Shown in pieces: positions 11,560-23,595 of a stretch of DNA of 64,000 bases (position 1 is its first letter; each line of letters begins with the position of its first letter). The DNA is from Eledone cirrhosa. Taxonomy: Eukaryota. Made by a program: the position numbers and the translations under genes. Below the pieces are notes generated by a model. The model was not told the DNA's origin. It worked only from the letters and a program-made list of their open reading frames with translations, and did no database searches. Where the stretch lies: assembly GCA_964016885.1 (NCBI GenBank), contig OZ024743.1, positions 167,090,001 through 167,154,000 of the forward strand, given 5' to 3'.

Positions 11560-14080
11560 GACGGATGAATAGAAGGCAATGTATGACAGGATAAAGGCAG
11601 GCTACAGGAGGACAATAGGAATCTTATTTGCAACCTAAAGAAGTTTGACTAATGCAAGCTGAACCAAGAAACATATAAGATGAATGAAGTTCTGAAATAC
11701 ATCAAAACAGTTGACCTGATAAAGTCAGCAAGCATTGTTGTAGCAGAGAAAATGGGTGCAGATGTCAAAGCACAGAAAAAAAAGGGAGACCAAAAGAAAT
11801 GCCATGGTGGAAAAGGAGAATACAGGCCAGTATGAATACCCTGTTGAAGGATATTTCTGTCCTAGTCTGAAAAGAGAAGGGGAAGCTTAGAAATAAATTA
11901 AAAAAATACAGAGCACTGGAAAGAAAGTATGGCATTGAAAGAAAGGGCCAAAAAGTAGTAATGGAGGAACTCAAGCAATGTCTTATAGCAAAAAGAACAA
12001 AGATAGCTGGATACCAACAAAGAATCTATACTAATAAAGCTGACGGCCGTATGTACAAACTTTTCGCCAAATGGCTGAACCAAACAGCACCAAATTTGCA
12101 TCATAGATGTAACTTTTTCCAAGTAAGAAAGTGATAGTATTGTTGTCTACTAAATTTTGTTAAACGATGAAAGATATTATTTAAATATTCACTTTTTTTA
12201 AATTTTCAAATGTCAACACTTCCGGTTATACGACATTCCTCTCTCTTTTTTAGTCTGTCTTTTTAGATAGTTACATAGCTATAACGTCGCGCCCTTTTAA
12301 TATGTCTTTGTATGTCTGGCTGACTGCATTATGAAAATACATTGACTTCGCTATCTGTGTGTGTGTATATATATATATAACAAAGGAATTGTGGTAAGGA
12401 ACCAGATGGACCATAACGCACCAGAGTACTCAATACTTAGGGTAGTAGAGTGAGAAATAGGAAAAAGTATGACCCCGACGGCAGAGCTCAAGCCATTTCG
12501 ACGTCTATCCTGGACTAGATAGAGTTCAAGGCTACTGGATCAAAAGATTTAGTCAATTCCATGAACGAGTAACTGAACAACTCAACATTTTGCTTAATTC
12601 TGGTCAATGACTAGCTTTTGATAAATAAAACAATACTTAAGGATAGCAAGAGGAGGAAAACCAACTTGACTATGGCATGGATCGATTACCACAAAGCCTA
12701 TGACATGATTCCACACTCTTGGATTATGGAATGCATTAACTTGTTTGGTATTGCATCAAATGTTGAGCAATACTTAAGGAAAAGTATGAAAGAGTGAAAG
12801 ACTGAACTGACAGCATAAGAAAAAATTTAGGAACAATAGAAATCAAGGGAGGTATAATCCAAAGGGACAGCCTGTGCACGATACCACAGCATGATACCAA
12901 TGATTTTGAGAAAAGCTAAGGCTGGGTATAAATTCAAAGGTCGCCAGCAAAAAGTCAACCACTTGTTATTCATAGACGACCCCAAGCTTTATGGTAAGAA
13001 AGAATCCCAGCTTGGTTCCCTCATTGATATGATGTATACATTTAGTGCTGACATCAGAATGGAGTTCAGATTAAAAAAGTGTGGTGTATTTATCTTGAAC
13101 GGAGGCAAAATTAAAAGCATTGAGGGATTGATGCTGTCATCAGGAAAGGTTATGAAGCAAATAGAAGACGAAAATTATAAGTACTTAGGGATATTGGAAG
13201 TTGATAAGATAATGCAGGAGGAAATGGAAGAAAAATTTAGGGTGGAATGGATGCTCAGACTGAGACTTATTCTCAAGTCGAAACTGATTGGACGGAATAT
13301 GATAGAAGCTATCAATATATAGGCAGTATCACTCCTTAGATATGGGGTGGGGGGTGGTCATGTGGACAGTGGAAGAGCTAAACAGTTTAGACCGAAAGAT
13401 ATTGACTAGATATGGGGTATTTCACTCAAAGAGCAATACTGATAGATTATATGTACCAAGAAAAAAAGAGGAAGAAGACTGAATGGGTGCGAAGACAGCG
13501 TTAGAACAGAAGAAAATAACATGGTGTGGTACATAAAAAATTCCACAGAACTGCTGTTGCTGGAAGTAAGCAGAGAGATGTGCAAAATAGAAGATTGCAA
13601 AGAAAAAAACACAGTACAAACATTTGTAGATGGATAAAACAGTAGATGTACAGAAAAAAGAATGTATGGACAATTGCATAGAGATGTTGAAGACAAGACA
13701 GACAGACAGAAAAAGGTGGTTATGGATGGCTAAAAGTGATCTAAAACTGGAAACAAGCTTTAACCCGTGCTGCTCAATAACAAGCACTAAGAACTAATTA
13801 CATCAAGAATAGAGTAGACCACACAGCAGAATGTGATAAGTGTAGAATTTGTGGCATGAATGGAGAAACTATGGCATATTACCAGTCAATGCACACTACT
13901 AGCTCAGAACGAATATAAGAGACATCACAACAACATACCAAGGGTGGTCCACTGAGCACTTTCTGACAAATATGCACTTGACAGAGCAGAAAAGTGGTAC
14001 AATATAACCCTGAGGGTGTTATTGAAAATGATGATGCAAAGATCCTGAGGGACTTTGTGATACAGTGTGACCATGAGATT
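11560..14080 (+). mobile_element. Second R4/Dong-clade LINE relic
   Basis: MAWIDYHKAYDMIPHSW, GIIQRDSL, HLLFIDDPKLY, YKYLGILE, CRICG...ET..HITSQC..LAQNEYKRHH zinc knuckle. Many stops and frameshifts. Confidence 0.85.
12025..12518 (+). mobile_element. Non-autonomous Helitron-like element
   Basis: Begins A|TCTATACTAATAAA, contains a ggctgaacc...aaatttg segment typical of small invertebrate Helitrons, ends with a degenerate hairpin plus CTAG. No TSD. Interrupts the R4/Dong LINE. Confidence 0.7.
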
Positions 14081-14190
14081 TTATGAATTTATAAAGATAA
14101 GTGTCATTTTATTTCTTGTTATATACAAATTATGTTCAAATTGTATGTGTAACAACAGTTTGTACGGAAAGGGTCCGTAAAGATGGCTGT

Positions 14191-14372
14191 ATCATCATCA
14201 TCATCATTTTACGTCCGCTTTTCCCTGCTTGCAAGGGTGGGACGGGAACTGATTCTGGCTTGATTTCTACAGCTGGATGCCCTTCCTAACACCAACCTCA
14301 TTTACAGTGAGTGCTGGGTGCTTTTTTGCCGTGGCACCTCCACGACCACTTTGCAGTGGAATGATATGGACC
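14191..14372 (-). mobile_element. RTE 3'UTR-derived short fragment
   Basis: (CAT)n tail and the ggatgcccttcctaacaccaacc motif shared with RTE 3'UTRs. Confidence 0.75.
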
Positions 14373-14527
14373 CCAGCCCCTATCATCTCATTTCTACAGC
14401 TGAGTAAACTGGAGCAATGTGAAATAAAGTGTCTTGCTCAAGGAAACAACACATCACCGGGTCTGAGAATTGAACTCACAACCTTTCGATTGCAAGGCCA
14501 ATGCTCTAACCACTAAGCCATGTGCCT
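14373..14527 (-). mobile_element. tRNA-derived SINE, family 2
   Basis: Reverse complement has TGGCTTAGTGGTTAG A box and GAGTTCAATTC B box. Homologous to 58990-59151. Confidence 0.85.
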
Positions 14528-15786
14528 CTGTATATTTGTGAGTATGTGACTGGCAATGGTTCTCACTTACCACCCACCCCACCTCCACCACATTCGGTAT
14601 ACATGGCCGACACTGTATGCTAACCACTCCCTTGTGAATATATCATAGAACAGACAAGGGGCGGACGGAGGCTCCGTAGGCCGTAATGTAGGCAGCCCGT
14701 CTAGGAGAGCTACAACTCCGAATAAATTGGTGCGGGGTAGAGAAGTCCCCTAAGTCCAGTAAGACGACTTCCCTAGTGCTGGTGGCACAAATAAAAACAC
14801 CCAATCCATGCTGTAAAATGGAGGTGTAGATAGGGCCCCTGAGTCCAGTAAGACGACCTCTCTAGTGCTGGTGGCACGAATAAAAGCGCCGCCCAGTCCA
14901 TGCTGTAAAGTGGTGCTGGTGTTAGGAAGGGCATCCAACCAGTATAAGAGAAAGCCAAAATTATGAGCACAACAAATAAGAATTGCAACAACTGTGTAAA
15001 CAGCGATAACACTGACCATGTTAGGGCTGTGCACAGTAGTGGGGTGGCTAGTGCGGCCATGTGCGAGAACTACCCCCCCCCCCCAAATGTCATCAAGCAA
15101 TCGCACAAAAACAACTGCGTAAACAACAATAACACTAACCATGTTAGGGCTGCGTACGGTAGTGGGGTGGCTGGTGAGGCCATGTAGGAGAAGCCCACGA
15201 CCATCATCAAGCAATCGCACAACAGGAAAATGAACGAGATGTCGCATCTCAGAGTTGCCACACTTAATGTTGGCACTCTAACAGGTAGATCTGGTGAAAT
15301 AGCGGAGATGCTGGAGAGAAGGTATGTGGATGTGTGCTGCGTGCAAGAGGTGCAATGGAGAGGTGCCTCTGCAAGACTAATCGCAGGCAAACATCTTATT
15401 TATAAGCTTTTCTGGGTAGATAATGATGATGGGTTAGGTGGGGTAGGCATTTTCCTGGCTGTGAGATGGATCAATAAAACAATAGAGGTAGTTAGAGTTA
15501 GTAATAGAATAATTAAGCTTAGGTTAGTTGTAGGCAAGAGACTACTGACAATCATCTCTGCCTATGCTCCCCAGGCAGGCCTAGGTAAAGAAGAGAAAGA
15601 CTGCTTTTACAAGAAACTTTCACAGGCAGCCTCAATGACAGAGGACAGAGACATCGTTATGCTAGCAGGGGACTACAATGGGCATGTTGGACAGCTCCAG
15701 GATGGATACACTGGGGTACATGGTGGGCACAGTTACGGCTAAAGAAATGAAGAAGGAGTGAGGCTTCTTGAATTTTGAGATGCAAA

Positions 15787-16351
15787 CGACAGCTGTATAA
15801 AAAAGTGCAGGGCGATCAAAATAGACGGTAGCCATGGAGTAGGCAGACCCAGAAAAACCTGGGACGACTTGATAAATTCCGACCTCACACACTTACACCT
15901 CTCCAAGACAATGTCACTGGACCGAGATCTTTGGCACTACGCAGTAATACAGAAGACCCACCTTGCCTAAGTGCAAAGCGAAACCTACAGTCAGTAGGCA
16001 CCTCTTACCAAAATACACCCCATCCCACTACCCCCACTCCATCCACACCACCCCTTTCGATGTAAAGTTATGTTGGTACCACAACATCCAGTCTTAAATA
16101 AATGAGGTCGTGTAGGTGTCACGACAAAAAACACACAGTCCACGCTGTAATGTGGCCGTGTAGGTAACACAGTAAAAACCTCCCAGTCCACACTGTAAAC
16201 GTGGTTGGTGTTAGGAAGGGCATCCAGCCGTAGAAAACCCACCAGACAGTCCTATACGAGCAAGACAACCAATCTTGCCTCAAGTGGGAAAATTCCCATC
16301 TAAACCCATGCTAGCGTGGAAGATGGACGTTAAACGATGATGATGATGATG
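15787..16351 (+). mobile_element. RTE subfamily A 3' fragment nested in the subfamily B endonuclease
   Basis: Interrupts EF.DA|NALTICN. Has its own 3'UTR and (GAT)n tail. Confidence 0.9.
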
Positions 16352-17402
16352 AAATGCACTAACAATTTGCAACATTAACTTCCAGAAGCCTACCAACCAC
16401 CTAATAACCTACAAATCAGGCAAGCACATAAGCCAGATTGACTTCCTGCTAGTTAGACAGCGAGACAGACGGATGGTGTCAAATGCTAAGCCTTACCCTG
16501 GGGAAGAATGTACCCCACAGCATAGGTTAGTCGTTAGTGACATCTCAGTAAGCAAGAGAAAGAATGAGATATACAGGAAAGTGTGGAAAAGAAAGGTCTG
16601 GAAGCTAAAAGACCTTTCATTAAAATATAAATTTAGGAAAGCTCTTCAAGATGCGTACAATGAAAAAGAAGACGGTTTATAGTTGTATTACATAGATAAT
16701 AACTGGAATTTCTTACGTGACAATTTACAGAGGCTACTGAAGAAACTTGTGGTTGGAGCAGAGCTTCCACCAGACAGAGAGTGACCAGGTGGTGGAACAG
16801 CACGGTAGATAGGGCCATTAGAGACAAAAGACTGGCATAGAAAGCTTGGAAAAATGGTCGGAGTAGAGACGGATGCACAGCCACTAAGAGAGAAGCTAGA
16901 CGTCGGGTGTACTTAGCACGCAGGGAGGCTAAGAGTAGGAAGTTTGCCAATGTTCTGCGACGGGAAGATCAGAGACGTGTAGTGTTCCGCATTGCAAGGC
17001 AGTGTGTCAGTGCAAATCAGGATTTTGTTGGAGTTAAGTGGGTCTGGAATGATGCCAGTGTACTTAGTGTCACGAATGATCAAAAGAAGGAGGCCTGGAA
17101 ATGTCATTATGAGAGACTGATGAATGTGGAGAACGAATGGGACAGAGGAATTACCCCCAGTAGACTCGACAGAGAGACCAGCTATTGAGATTGACGAATA
17201 TAGGGTACAAGAGGCAATTAAGGAAATGAAGAATGGTAAGGCTGCTGGCCGTCGGGGATAGTTGCTGAAGGCTTCAGGAGAAGTAGGCACTAAACTAGTT
17301 GCACACATCATTAATCAAGCTATATATGGTGGTGTCATACACAAAGACTGGAGCAGCAGTATTCTCATAAATTGTTACAAAGGTAAAGGGGATGCTCTAG
17401 AG

Positions 17403-18709
17403 CAAAGGTTCTCAACCCATTTTTGGCCCTTTTGCTCCTCAAAATCACGAAACGCCCCTACCCTATTTTTCCATTTTTCAATATACTACTGATTTTGAAA
17501 TCAGTAGATTACTGGGACAAATCAAGTTATGTTAGAATCTTTAAAAAATAGTCGTACGAATTAAATACAAAAAAGTTTCAGTCCAAACTATTTCAAATTA
17601 TATATATTTAAAAAAAAAAAAAAGATTTGATCTCAGTTGAAAAAGTTTTTTTTTTTTAAATTCTATATTTCACTGTTAGCTGTTGTAATATTTTGAGTGG
17701 ATAGACAATTCTACAATTCAAACTATGAAGTCAAAATATAAAAGATGCAAAATATGAAGAATTTCTTACCTTTCTCTGAAATCACAAACTCAGGGGGAAA
17801 ATAGTACCTTGCAAAATAAAATACCTCGTAGCAAAATAAAATACTTAGAAGCAACGAAAGAATTGAGAAGCTTGGTGACAGTGAGAAAGAAATATCTATA
17901 TTCCTTATATATATACATAGATAGATGCACACACACATAAACGCGCGCGCACACACACACACACACACTCAAACTTGTGTGTGTCTGCCTTGGTTTTGGT
18001 ACAGAAAGAATTTTGCCTCCAGTTTTTATTGCCACTGCTCTTTTCAACAACGCCATATATATATATATATAAAACCACAGACCCTCCATCTCAACTCTAC
18101 TTTTGAAAAGCAGAAGAACTGCGAAACCGGTAAAGGAACCAAATAAATATATATATTTAAAAAAAAAATAAGACTCCAGTTGCATTTTCGATTTCATCTT
18201 TTTTTCTTTATACTTTCACTCGTGTAGGACACCTCGGTTATTTTTCATTTTGTAAAAAAAACCTCACTTTCTAATATATATATATATATATATGTAGGAG
18301 GTGAGTTTTATTGTAGCACAATAAAGCAATGCAAATATCGGATAAGTAGCACTCTACAGTTTGTAGGACTGGAGTATAAATAATATAAGATCAAAAGATG
18401 GTTAAAAGAGTTCCAAGTATTTTATTATGCACATTTCAAAAACAAATATCATCATGGGATGATATCTGCGTTCTCATCAGATAAAATAGGGAGACGTGAT
18501 ATGAAGCCTAAAAAACACTTATGAATAGTGAAGTTTTAAATCAACATATGTTGATTTAAAACTTCATATATTATATATATATATATATATATATAAATGA
18601 AAAGAGAAAGAGGGAGAGACAGAGAGAGAGTGTGTATGTGTTTGTTACATGACTATCTATTTATCTATCTCCAACAGAGGGCTCATATGCCCCCCGTTGA
18701 GAACCTTTG
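17403..18709. mobile_element. Non-autonomous hAT (Charlie-like) DNA transposon
   Basis: 14-bp TIRs CAAAGGTTCTCAAC / GTTGAGAACCTTTG and perfect 8-bp TSD CTCTAGAG (17395-17402, 18710-18717). Splits the RTE RT at KGDALE|SSNYRG. Confidence 0.93.
18418..18488 (-). ncRNA. Minimal type-I hammerhead ribozyme motif (CpG-eroded)
   Basis: Reverse complement reads tattttat CTGATGA gaacgcagatatcatc ccat gatgatatttgttttt GAAA tgtgca TA ataaaata. Perfect 8-bp stem I, 16-bp stem II with G-U pairs and one mismatch. Confidence 0.8.
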
Positions 18710-20345
18710 CTCTAGAGAGCAGCAATTATAGGGGTATAAACTGATGGATCAGGTTATGAAAGTGGCAGAGAGAATATTAGCGCAACTGATTAGAGAAAGG
18801 GTGAAACTAGATGAGCTGCAGTTTGGTTTTGTGCTTCGGAAAAGTACAACAGATGCCCTCTTCATAGTGAGGCAACTACAAGAGAGGTTCTTAGAGAAGA
18901 ATAAGCCACTATACTTAGCCTTTGTTGACCTAAAGAAGGCCTTTGATAAGGTACCCCGATCTGTCATCTGGTGGTCCCTAAGGAAACTAAGTGTAGAGGA
19001 ATGGCTTGTGAGGACAGGGGTGCTGTCAGTAAAGTGTGAATAGGAATGGAGTTTAGTGAGGAATTCCAGATACAAGTAGATGTACATCAAGGTTCTGTCT
19101 TCAGCCCACTCTTGTTCATTATAGTCCTCCAAGTCATAACAGAGGAGTTTAAGACTGGCTGTCCATGGGAACTTCTCTATGCTGACGATCTGGTTCTTAT
19201 AGCAGAATCAGTAGAGGAGCTAGAGAATAAATTCTGGTTATGGAAACAGCAGTTGGAATCAAAAGGACTGAGAGTGAACATAGCTAAAACAAAGGCATTG
19301 ATAAGTAGAAGAGAGGACAATACTCTGATTCCATCAAGGAAATAGCCATGTTCGATATGTAGGAAAGGAACTGGCATAAATTCCATAAGATGTATGCAAT
19401 GCAGATCTTGGGTACACAAAAGATGTAGTGGGATAGCAGGCAAACTAACAGGTAGGGATAACTACGTATGCAGTAGATGTACAGGGAAAGTTGGCAGTAG
19501 TAATCGATGTGATAGACTCATTTTTCAAATGCATTTGGGTTCTATAGAAGTGGTTGATAGCTTCCGGTACCTAGGTGATGAGATTAGCATGAGAGGGGGG
19601 TGTTCCGAGGCCATAGTATCTAGAATAAGGACGGGTTGGAAGAAGTTTAGGGAGCTGCTCCCTCTGTTGACAGAGAAGGTTTCTCCCTGCGTACAAAAGG
19701 ACGGTTATATGATGCCTGTGTGAGATGCATGATGCTGCATGGTAGTGAGACATGGGCAGCAACTACAGAAGATATGTGGCGGCTGGAGAGAAATGAAGCA
19801 AGTATGCTCCGTTGGATGTGCAATGTCAATGTGCGTGAACGACCAAGCATAGATGAGTTGAAAGAAACTGGGTATAAGAGGGATAAGTTGTGGTGTGCAG
19901 GAGAGAAGGCTGAGATGGTTGGACATGTGATGCGCATGGAGGATGACCGCTGGGTAAAGAAGTGACAGGAAGTCCCAGTGGAGGGAAGACGTAGTAGAGG
20001 TAGACCACGAAAAACATGGGCGGAGGTAGTGAGAGCTGACCCCAGATGGCTGAAACTCACGGAAGAGATGACGAAGGACCATGACGGGTGGAGAGATGCT
20101 GAATAGGACCCGTCCCAAGCAGGGAAAAGTGGATGTAAAATGATGATGATGATGGTTCTTGGCACTTCCCTCGTGATTGTTTTCACTTCACATTGTTACA
20201 GATGATCTATTTTTTTGTCTCTCAGTTACCATTTTCTTCAAGTTTAAGTAAGGAATCATAGATGGAAATCCATTAGGTGAGGCTGGCTTTATTCAATTCA
20301 AACGTCAAATCTGCTGATATACCCAAGTTTATGCAGATGGTTTTC

Positions 20346-20792
20346 AACTCTTGATTTGAATATCTGTGATCTTTCTGGTTGTGAGACGGGGGTTGGTGTT
20401 GACTATCTCCTTCACTTGATTACTGTTAACCATAGTTGGCCATCCAGAGCGAGGTGCATCTTGAATTGAAAAATTTCCCGATTGAAATCTTGAAAACCAT
20501 TTCTGGAATACGCGTTCTGTATACAGCGCATATGTTCCTGCAATTTTCTGGCACTTTCTTACCTTTTTTAAAATAAAAAAGCATGATGTGTAGATAATGT
20601 CCATTTTGGTCCTCCTTTTTTGAGGGTTAAGATAAGTGCACAAAATACAACCAATCTCATTGGAGTTTCGCTACAAACTACTTTGAAATATTAAGCATCT
20701 TTCCTTGGAAGGAAAAAAGTAAAGTTAGCAACTATGAGAGCACCTGAAGTTTAGTATTGGCAAAAACCGAACGGACTTTTTGGCCAACCCAA
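20346..20792 (-). mobile_element. Mariner 5' fragment
   Basis: TIR TTGGGTTGGCCAAAAAGTCCGTTCGGTTTT next to TA. Translates QKWFSRFQSGNFSIQDAPRSGWP. Confidence 0.85.
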
Positions 20793-23232
20793 TATATTTT
20801 GTTTATAAGGATGAAAATGTCATTGCGAATGCAAAACTGTATTTAACTTGATTCGTAATTTCTTTTATCTATAAATATTTGCATTTGTAATTTTCTTCCT
20901 CGCAATACACAAAGTGGTCTTTTTTTTTCATATAGATGTATTTACATACACTTGGGGAGGAGATAGGCACTGCCAAGCACTTCAAGCCCACACAAATGCC
21001 ATGATGGGCACACAGTCAAATGTCTAGAGTGATACCAGTTGTGGCAACTTGATGGATTGAGTTATATATATTTACATATATACCAGTGACAGATTAAGGG
21101 GTGGGGTTGGGGCTGACTGGATTGAAGCCAGGGCACCCACAATATTTAAATTACCGTATATGCTTGAATATAAGTTGACCTGAGTATAAGCTGGCTCCTA
21201 TTTTATGTCTGAGAAATGGACAACAGTCCAAACTCCATTTATAAGCCGAGGCAGCTAATTAACACATGGCACTGTTTTGAAATTCTCATGAGTGGAGAAA
21301 ATATTTACATAGTTTTAATATTTCAATATCTAAAATGTTTTAAGTGTCATTTAGAGTATAGGTTTTATTTCACAAATCCACTATGTAGTGATTTTTAAAA
21401 AACATTTCATCTGTTTTGTAGAGTTTCAAGTTTCTCAAATTTTTGGGAATAGAATTTTTTTTTTTTTTAAAGCAGACAATAATGTTATCCCACCTATGCC
21501 AGCATGGAAAAATGGACATTAAATAATGATGGTGATAAAAAGGCATCGAGTCCACACTATTAGGTGGTTTATCTGGTGTCACAATATAAAGCACCCATTC
21601 CAGCTGTAGAAACCAACCCCCAAAACAGGTCCATATCAGCAAGACATGGTCACCTGACCTAACTAGTCTTATAACGTGACAACTCATCTAACTCATGCAA
21701 GCATAGAAAATAAACATTAACCCGGGCCACATACAGTTTACCTTCTATCAAATTGACTCACATTGGGTGTGAGTCAGTGAATGAAAGAGATGAGAATTAA
21801 TGTAAATCTAGATGTAACCCCCCCCCCCCCTCCCCCGCGCCTCTGACTAACCACTGGCTATTCACTGCTACTCTTTTTATTCATTAATTTATGCTATGTC
21901 CACTTTCTATGCTGACATGAGCTGGAAAATATTTAACCATCATTAATCGGATAAGAAAATATGGGTCGTGGGATTTCAACTATGCACACAAACACACATA
22001 TGCACGATAAAAATAAGCCTACACACACACACACACCAATATCATTGATACACTCTATGTATCACAAAACACACACCACAAATAGATTAGGATACACTCA
22101 GACACCAGTGTCACTGATACACAGTATTTGCATGTGCAAACACATGGACATGTGTACACACACACTAACTGTGCAAGTACTTTGGTCTAAGTAAAATAAC
22201 AGAAACAAGGAATTCAATTGTAATTAGTTCTTCTCACTACTCTTGTTTTCTACAACATGACTTAATTAAAAAATCAGGACTATTCTGTTGAAACTATTGA
22301 ATGGTGTCTAGTTTATTCTTGGCTTGGAGGGCAGGGAATTGTGTGTGTGTTTTCTTTTACAGACTTCAGTCATGAGTTATCGATGTGAATGGATAAGATA
22401 TCACTAATTCAGACTTGTAAGGCCATTGTTCAACTTATCGACAATGAATTTGAGGTTTATGCTTGCTTTTATATACAACAATCACAAACTATTTTTTTCA
22501 AAGCTCTTATAAATACTGACTACTACTGTCTTAATAATCCATAAGCAGATTAATGAGTGCTTATATATATATATGAACTGCCTTTATCACTTTATTATTT
22601 TTTTTTGTTTGGGCTAGTAACATATTGTATTAGTTTGAACTAAAGCTTAGGAAATGTATGTATTATGTATTATTTTAAACATTCATATGGCTTAATCTGA
22701 AAAGGAAAAGCAGTGTCCATGGCATATTTCAGGGCCTCTGAGACTTGTTGGATGGAGGGAGGAAGTTATCTTTAGCCTTGACCTGAGTGTTTGCAACAGG
22801 TGTTGTAGTGGTGTTGAACTGGATGACTGATAAAGTCTACATATGTACAGGCATAGTTATGGCTGTGTAGATAAGGAGTCTGATTTGCAACCACTTCAGC
22901 CCCTCTGTGCAAAAACTTGGGCAAGGGTTTACTACTATAGCCTTGAGTTGACCAATGCCTTGTGAGTGGTATTTGATTGATGGGAACTGCAGAAGCCTGT
23001 TGTGTGTGTGTGTGCATGCATATCCATGTTTATGTTTTTGTTTGTGTCTGTGCTTATATCTTGCAACTTAACTGTTTGATAAAAATGATTGAGATTGACT
23101 AAATAAAAGTGGGGAGCCCACATGGCTGTGGGCTAATATCTGAAACTAGTAAAAGAAAAAATATATATATACATTAAGTGTACATACTGCAGAAAAAATA
23201 CTCAATAAATACTTTGTTTTATTTTAAAATAA

Positions 23233-23414
23233 TTGTTTCTACTTTAGGCACAAGGCCAACAAATACCCAGAACATGACTGGTACTTTATTTTATCGACCC
23301 CGTAAGGATGAAAGGCAAAGTTAACCTCGGCAGGATTTGAACTCAGATTGTAAAGGGACGTAACTATGCTAGAAAGCATGGCGTCCAACTCTCTACCGAT
23401 ACTGCCAATTCACC
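23233..23414 (-). mobile_element. tRNA-derived SINE, family 1
   Basis: Homologous to 648-831. Flanked by gttttatttt(a/t)aaataat duplication. Confidence 0.9.
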
Positions 23415-23595
23415 GTTTTATTTTTAAATAATGTTCATCTACTGCAGATATTTTTTTTTATTTCTATGTCAGTTTTCATTGCGTAGACCATTCTGTGATC
23501 GAAAGCATTCCAGCTGTGACCATCCAGTCTTTTATTTTTTCAGACATAATAATACATCTTGGATTTTAACTCTTAAACATTCTGTATTAATCTAG

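Larger units (their letters stand above)
14595..20153 (+). mobile_element. Near full-length but disrupted RTE LINE (subfamily B)
   Basis: APE domain (LRVATLNVGTL, VQEVQW, SAYAPQ, GDYNGH), RT (QFGF, AFVDLKKAFD, HQGSVFSP, LLYADD), PHD-like insert, (GAT)n tail. Stops and frameshifts. Two nested insertions. Confidence 0.93.

Noticed and set aside
18295-18310. Strong splice donor GAG|GTGAGT as a calpain 5' exon
   Set aside because: It lies inside the hAT element and has no supporting exon evidence.
21152-21255. pogo/Tc2-like terminus taccgtatatgcttgaatataag
   Set aside because: No matching opposite TIR or coding remnant was identified.
22363-22416. Possible 5'UTR exon (ttttcttttacag...ctt|gtaagg)
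   Set aside because: Plausible splice signals only. It cannot be supported without transcripts.
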